Position numbers and translations under genes: made by a program. DNA of 54,621 nucleotides, counting the filler, from Catajapyx aquilonaris (Eukaryota), in the NCBI GenBank assembly GCA_000934665.2. It is 3 parts of 3 records of this genome, joined end to end, with 100 filler letters (N's around TTAATTAATTAA, not from the genome) between each part and the next. Parts side by side here need not be neighbours in the genome. Positions count along the whole stretch, not along the records: positions 36,504 to 54,621 come from KZ539589.1; 2 more parts are not named here. One strand, 5' to 3'. Under the pieces are notes generated by a model that worked only from the letters and a program-made list of their open reading frames with translations, ran no database searches and was not told the DNA's origin. Of this stretch, positions 50,901-54,621 are shown in pieces (position 1 is the first letter of the stretch; the number at the start of each line of letters is the position of its first letter).

Positions 50901-51030
50901 CTTCATGACATACAGCGTAGTACATGCATGTTTGACAATCTCGCATGACCGCAGGTATTGAAAAAGACTCTATATTGGCTCAATGACTGGAAGAAGGGAC
51001 TTGAGGAAGGCCTTAGACAATTGTCTAGGA
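47942..51030 (+). pseudogene. THAP-domain P-element-superfamily (THAP9-like) transposase pseudogene with spliceosomal introns
   Basis: Exon 47942-48166 encodes YCAIC..FFKVP..W..IC*VHF and splices in phase 0 to 48576 (RLQLKHDAVP). Then GRRYSGDWILLCVLLHIRSPCSYNFLR, TQPIGVF, LVSDGAQTNRKMW, SHLIKNI and ATQ|IFSKSVANGL. GT-AG introns at 50289-50364, 50526-50669 and 50853-50954. Many stops; truncated C-terminus; TIRs not found. Confidence 0.9.
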
Positions 51031-51609
51031 GGAAGGCCACATAGTTCCAGAAGACCGTCATACTACTGTACTGCCCATGAACCTTCTCGATCTCGCTTTC
51101 CCACTTTCCAATTAGACCATTTGCAACCTACATCTTTATCGAGCAATGTTGTTTCAATTAGCATGCATGTCTTAAAAGTATCTTGTAATGAGTTACTAGC
51201 TTCACTGACTTGTCCACACTTCCTCAACTTCAGCACAGGGATGAAAATTCTGCTAAGTGCCCTGACAATGCCTACTGCCAAGCCCCCCAAGTGAATGGTC
51301 ACACTTGTATCATTCCATAATCCATACCAATGGCAGCAGTTTTGCCACTATTTTCATTCAGCTCTCTGATGATCTCTTAAGTCTTGAAGTAACCTTACAG
51401 GTTACAAGACTTTCAATTATACTGCTCCACCAAAAAGGCTCCTATGTCATTAGTACATAACTGGGAATGTTTCGTTATTTTTAAATTATTGCCAAGGTAG
51501 AGGACGATAAGCATTCACAACACTGCATTATGTAACAATCTGAAACGTCACTCATCCTTTCCAATATTGGAAAACAAATTGTCTCAGTGACTCTGAAGGG
51601 CCAGCTCAC

Positions 51610-51752
51610 CTATTTTGCTGCAACACCAGGATCAGCCACAGCATGACTAGAATCACAGGTGAATGATACAGTGAGGGCAAATCGAGTCCCTCCACTGACC
51701 TTTTCCACATGATGGGCATTTTCTGATCCTGATGTAAACATGGACACACGAC
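51610..51752 (-). CDS. OGFOD3: OGFOD3 (2-oxoglutarate and iron-dependent oxygenase domain-containing protein 3), last coding exon
   Basis: ttccatttcag acceptor, then (G)RVSMFTSGSENAHHVEKVSGGTRFALTVSFTCDSSHAVADPGVAAK*. Matches the OGFOD3 C-terminus as I recall it (GRVSFFTSGSENLHRVEKV..GTRYAIT..F.C), with the distal His and Arg. Confidence 0.93.
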
Positions 51753-51978
51753 CTGAAATGGAAATATAACTACTTAATAAACCAACAGAATGCCTGTAAA
51801 TGCCAACTACATTGAAAATGTGACATACTCTGTTAATTAATTCCTACATGCAGCAGCAGATATATGGCAAGGCAACCTAGGCAGTTGCTTAGGGAGGCAG
51901 ATTTCAAGGGGTGGCAAATTTAGGCATACAAAATAAAGTAAACGAAGAATTAATAATAAATAATTACGCAACTAGAAG

Positions 51979-52232
51979 CAGCGCCGGATTTACCTTTAGG
52001 CAGAGTAGGCAATTGCCTAGGCCCCTGTAGGGGCAGCCGTGAGTTGCAATAAATATTTTTCAAATAGGCTACAATAATAGGAAATAGAGGCGAAATCATA
52101 AAAAATTCACAAATTTCGCTGCGGGGTTCTCAGCACCGGACTTGTCACTAGGCAGAAAAGCCTAATTTAATTTTTACGCAGCATGTGGTGGGGGGGGGGG
52201 ATCTCAACTGCCTAGGCAACTGCCCGGTCCTG
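51979..52232. mobile_element. hAT-like MITE in the OGFOD3 intron
   Basis: cagcgccggatttacc..taggcaattgcctagg ... tgcctaggcaactgcccggtcctg. Confidence 0.5.
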
Positions 52233-52254
52233 CTACACTACTAATTCCTATTAA

Positions 52255-52410
52255 CCCTGTAATGCCACTAATCTAAGTAATGCCCACTGGGTCATATCTG
52301 GCACACCATTTAGTGCAATTTTTGCAACTTTTGCAATTTTTATATTTTCTGTACGTGTGCCAAATTGCACTAAATGGTGTGCCAGATATGACCCAAGGGG
52401 CATTACAGGG
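52255..52410. mobile_element. piggyBac-type MITE in the OGFOD3 intron
   Basis: TTAA|CCCTGTAATGCC ... GGCATTACAGGG|TTAA; inner arms tgggtcatatctggcacaccatttagtgcaattt. Confidence 0.9.
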
Positions 52411-53008
52411 TTAATGATTTCCATTTTGAAAGAAAAAGACAACAAGGAATTCATGCATTTACCAGTTGTGGGGAAGGGGGGAGGTGAAAGAGATGGTGTG
52501 GTTAAGCGTCAGGGACATTCCATGCACATGTACTGGATAAAAGGAGGGAGGAAGCTGCTTATCAGTGCTTGGAAGTTTCTTACAAGGGAATGGCAACAGC
52601 TTCTTCATGCTGTGATTTGGCTTTTGACCGTTCATAATATGGCATTAAAGAGACCAACTAGTGGGAAATACGGCTAAGATACACTGTTGAAATTCAGTTT
52701 GCAACATTCCTACTTCACAACTGTCATTCATTTCAACAATAACACATCTCCTAGTTCCCTTGAGTTTCATTACAGGCACACACTATTACAACTGAATAGT
52801 CTCACTGCATTACTAAACTACTTTACACTTCCTCCTATGTCCATTTCCGAAGCTACGGGTTCAGGAACATTCAATGATAAACTGAACTTAGAATATTGTT
52901 AGTATGTGGCAGAGTCACAATACTCTCTGTACCTACTAGTCACTTCAAGTCATGGGTTTATTTCATTAGAAAAATCATCATCACATCTATCAAGTGCCTG
53001 TATGCATA

Positions 53009-53224
53009 CATGGTGTCTCAACTTTTTTGTCTGAACAGTTATTGGAAATATTGCACTAAGCTGCTTATTAGTTAGCAGTGACTTGCAACCAGTGATGCTT
53101 CCATGGCTTTATCAGTTGAGGGATGTGCCAGGAATGTTGAGGCATATTCTAGCTACATAGCTAGAAGCTACATACCTTGGGCTTTTCCCGATAACTGTTC
53201 GGACAAAGAAGTTGAGCCACCCTG
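53009..53224. mobile_element. Tc1/mariner-type MITE in the OGFOD3 intron
   Basis: catggtgtctcaacttttttgtctgaacagttattggaaa / tttcccgataactgttcggacaaagaagttgagccaccctg. Confidence 0.75.
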
Positions 53225-53618
53225 CATAGCCAATTAAAGGGGGGACAGTGGTACTGGTCAACCAAGTGGGAGGTCTGGGATCAAAATGTCATCACTAGTA
53301 CCTTTCCATTGGGTATTATAATTAATTTTTTCCACCATGACCAGACACACTTGCACTCCCTTCTCTGAGCATAGTTATGAGAAGATATCTGGTGATTTAT
53401 GATAGACTCAAATGACTAAAAACTATTCATTAAAGCCTGTCCTGGGAACCTTTCCCTCCCAATTTCAGCAAATGTATACAAGTAATGGGAATAGCAATTG
53501 CAGGTAAAAGTAAAGGTCCATGCAAAATCTTAAAAAGTAACACATTATTTAATTATCATCACATAGCCAATTAAACTGAGGCACTCAAAAATATCCCTGG
53601 AAAAAGACTTAAAAGGTA

Positions 53619-53831
53619 CAGTCGGTTAAAGGAGTATGTTACCAGACCCCTAACCTAGAAATTAGCCTCCAACAGAGGTGCTGCCTAGGGGAGTGAGATT
53701 TATTGTATCAGGGGGAAGAACAGAGGTGCTGCTTCCCCCTGATACAATAAATCTCACTCCCCTAGGCAGCACCTCTGTTGGAGGCTAACTTCTAGGTTAG
53801 GGGTCTGGTAACATACTCCTTTAGCCGACTG
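53619..53831. mobile_element. Near-perfect palindromic TA-target MITE next to the OGFOD3 splice donor
   Basis: TA|CAGTCGGTTAAAGGAGTATGTTACCAG ... CTGGTAACATACTCCTTTAGCCGACTG|TA; ~100-bp arms. Confidence 0.92.
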
Positions 53832-53838
53832 TACATAC

Positions 53839-53965
53839 CTTTTCTTGGTTCAATAGTCCGGTTTGTATTATCAGCATCTACAAAAATAAACCGTCCACCT
53901 TTGAACTCCTTGTCGTAGTCACTCAGATAAAGAAGTGATGTGTAGTGGAATGATTCATATGTTTC
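53839..53965 (-). CDS. OGFOD3: OGFOD3 penultimate coding exon
   Basis: ttccag|ETYESFHYTSLLYLSDYDKEFKGGRFIFVDADNTNRTIEPRK(G)|gtatgt. 127 nt; phase 1 joins the next exon in frame. Missed by the ORF track. Confidence 0.95.
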
Positions 53966-54277
53966 CTGGAATTATAAAGTGTGTAAAAGTGTAAATTATA
54001 CAAGTTTGCACATTGTCTCAATTGACATCTCCAATAATCTGGCAAGGTGAAAGTGATAAATTACTACCTCTAGTTGTACTGTACATGTACACTATCCAAA
54101 CTAATGGATCCCAATATGTATATGTGAGTAACACATGACTGGAGCAGGTGTTCCCTCACATTTTACACCACACCAATATTGGAGATGTCAACTTTGGCAG
54201 TGTAATACTCTGTGGTTAGCTACTAAGACATTGCCATATTGATCATGTCTTAAACATAATAACAAAACATATATTAA

Positions 54278-54621
54278 AGGGACACTCCACTCAAAATACA
54301 AGTTGGGCTCTAAAAATCGGGAAAGAGATCCTGACTCCGAGGGTATAAGCAGTTTTTCTGAGAGACGAACGGTACGGCCAGGGCGAAGGCTGGAAGTGTG
54401 TCGTTCGAAAACCGCGCTCAAACGGGTAAACGCAGGTGGCGACGCCACCCTCTGAGGGTAGGTGAGGGCAGAACTAGAGAGCGGTAGGCGCGGATTTGAA
54501 ACGGACCGTGCTCTCCCTTTCCATCTACCCAGAAGATTAGTGGTGATGTCATCTTCGCGCGGAAGTGTGACTTTGGCCCACGTGAGTGGTTGAGGAGTGC
54601 TAAGTGAAACCAGATGGGAAA
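54278..54621 (+). mobile_element. TTAA-target (Kolobok/CryptonV-like) element end, right boundary unresolved
   Basis: TTAA|AGGGACACTCCACTCAAAATACAAGTTGGGC, homologous over ~150 bp to 32600-32760. Confidence 0.7.

Noticed and set aside
53176..53221. Possible 46-nt cassette exon of OGFOD3 (cag|...|gtatgt)
   Set aside because: Lies largely in a MITE TIR, has a weak pyrimidine tract, shifts the frame, and the flanking exons already join to give the conserved protein.

Overview
Eukaryotic (animal, probably arthropod/insect; taxon is inferred) genomic window with assembly gaps, dominated by transposable-element remnants. The only host gene I can support is the last two coding exons of OGFOD3 (2OG-Fe(II) oxygenase) on the minus strand (53839-53965 and 51610-51752); the rest of the gene lies beyond the window end. 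Large mobile features: a full-length, frameshifted PGBD3-like piggyBac (44001-47102) with a predicted in-frame micro first exon, sitting inside a MITE that sits inside a SINE tail; an intron-containing THAP/P-element transposase pseudogene (47942-~51030); a Gypsy-type 5' LTR, PBS and gag remnant interrupted by a P-type MITE; Tc1/mariner deletion derivatives; many MITEs; tRNA-derived SINEs; a DINE-1/HINE-like element; Helitron 3' ends; and a 22-bp minisatellite. The most unusual signal is at 8767-9636. Two different tRNA-SINEs are inserted at exactly mirror-image positions in the two arms of one palindromic MITE, each with the same 16-bp target duplication. This suggests sequence-specific retrotransposition into a DNA-transposon terminal repeat. 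Most ORFs in the supplied track are spurious.
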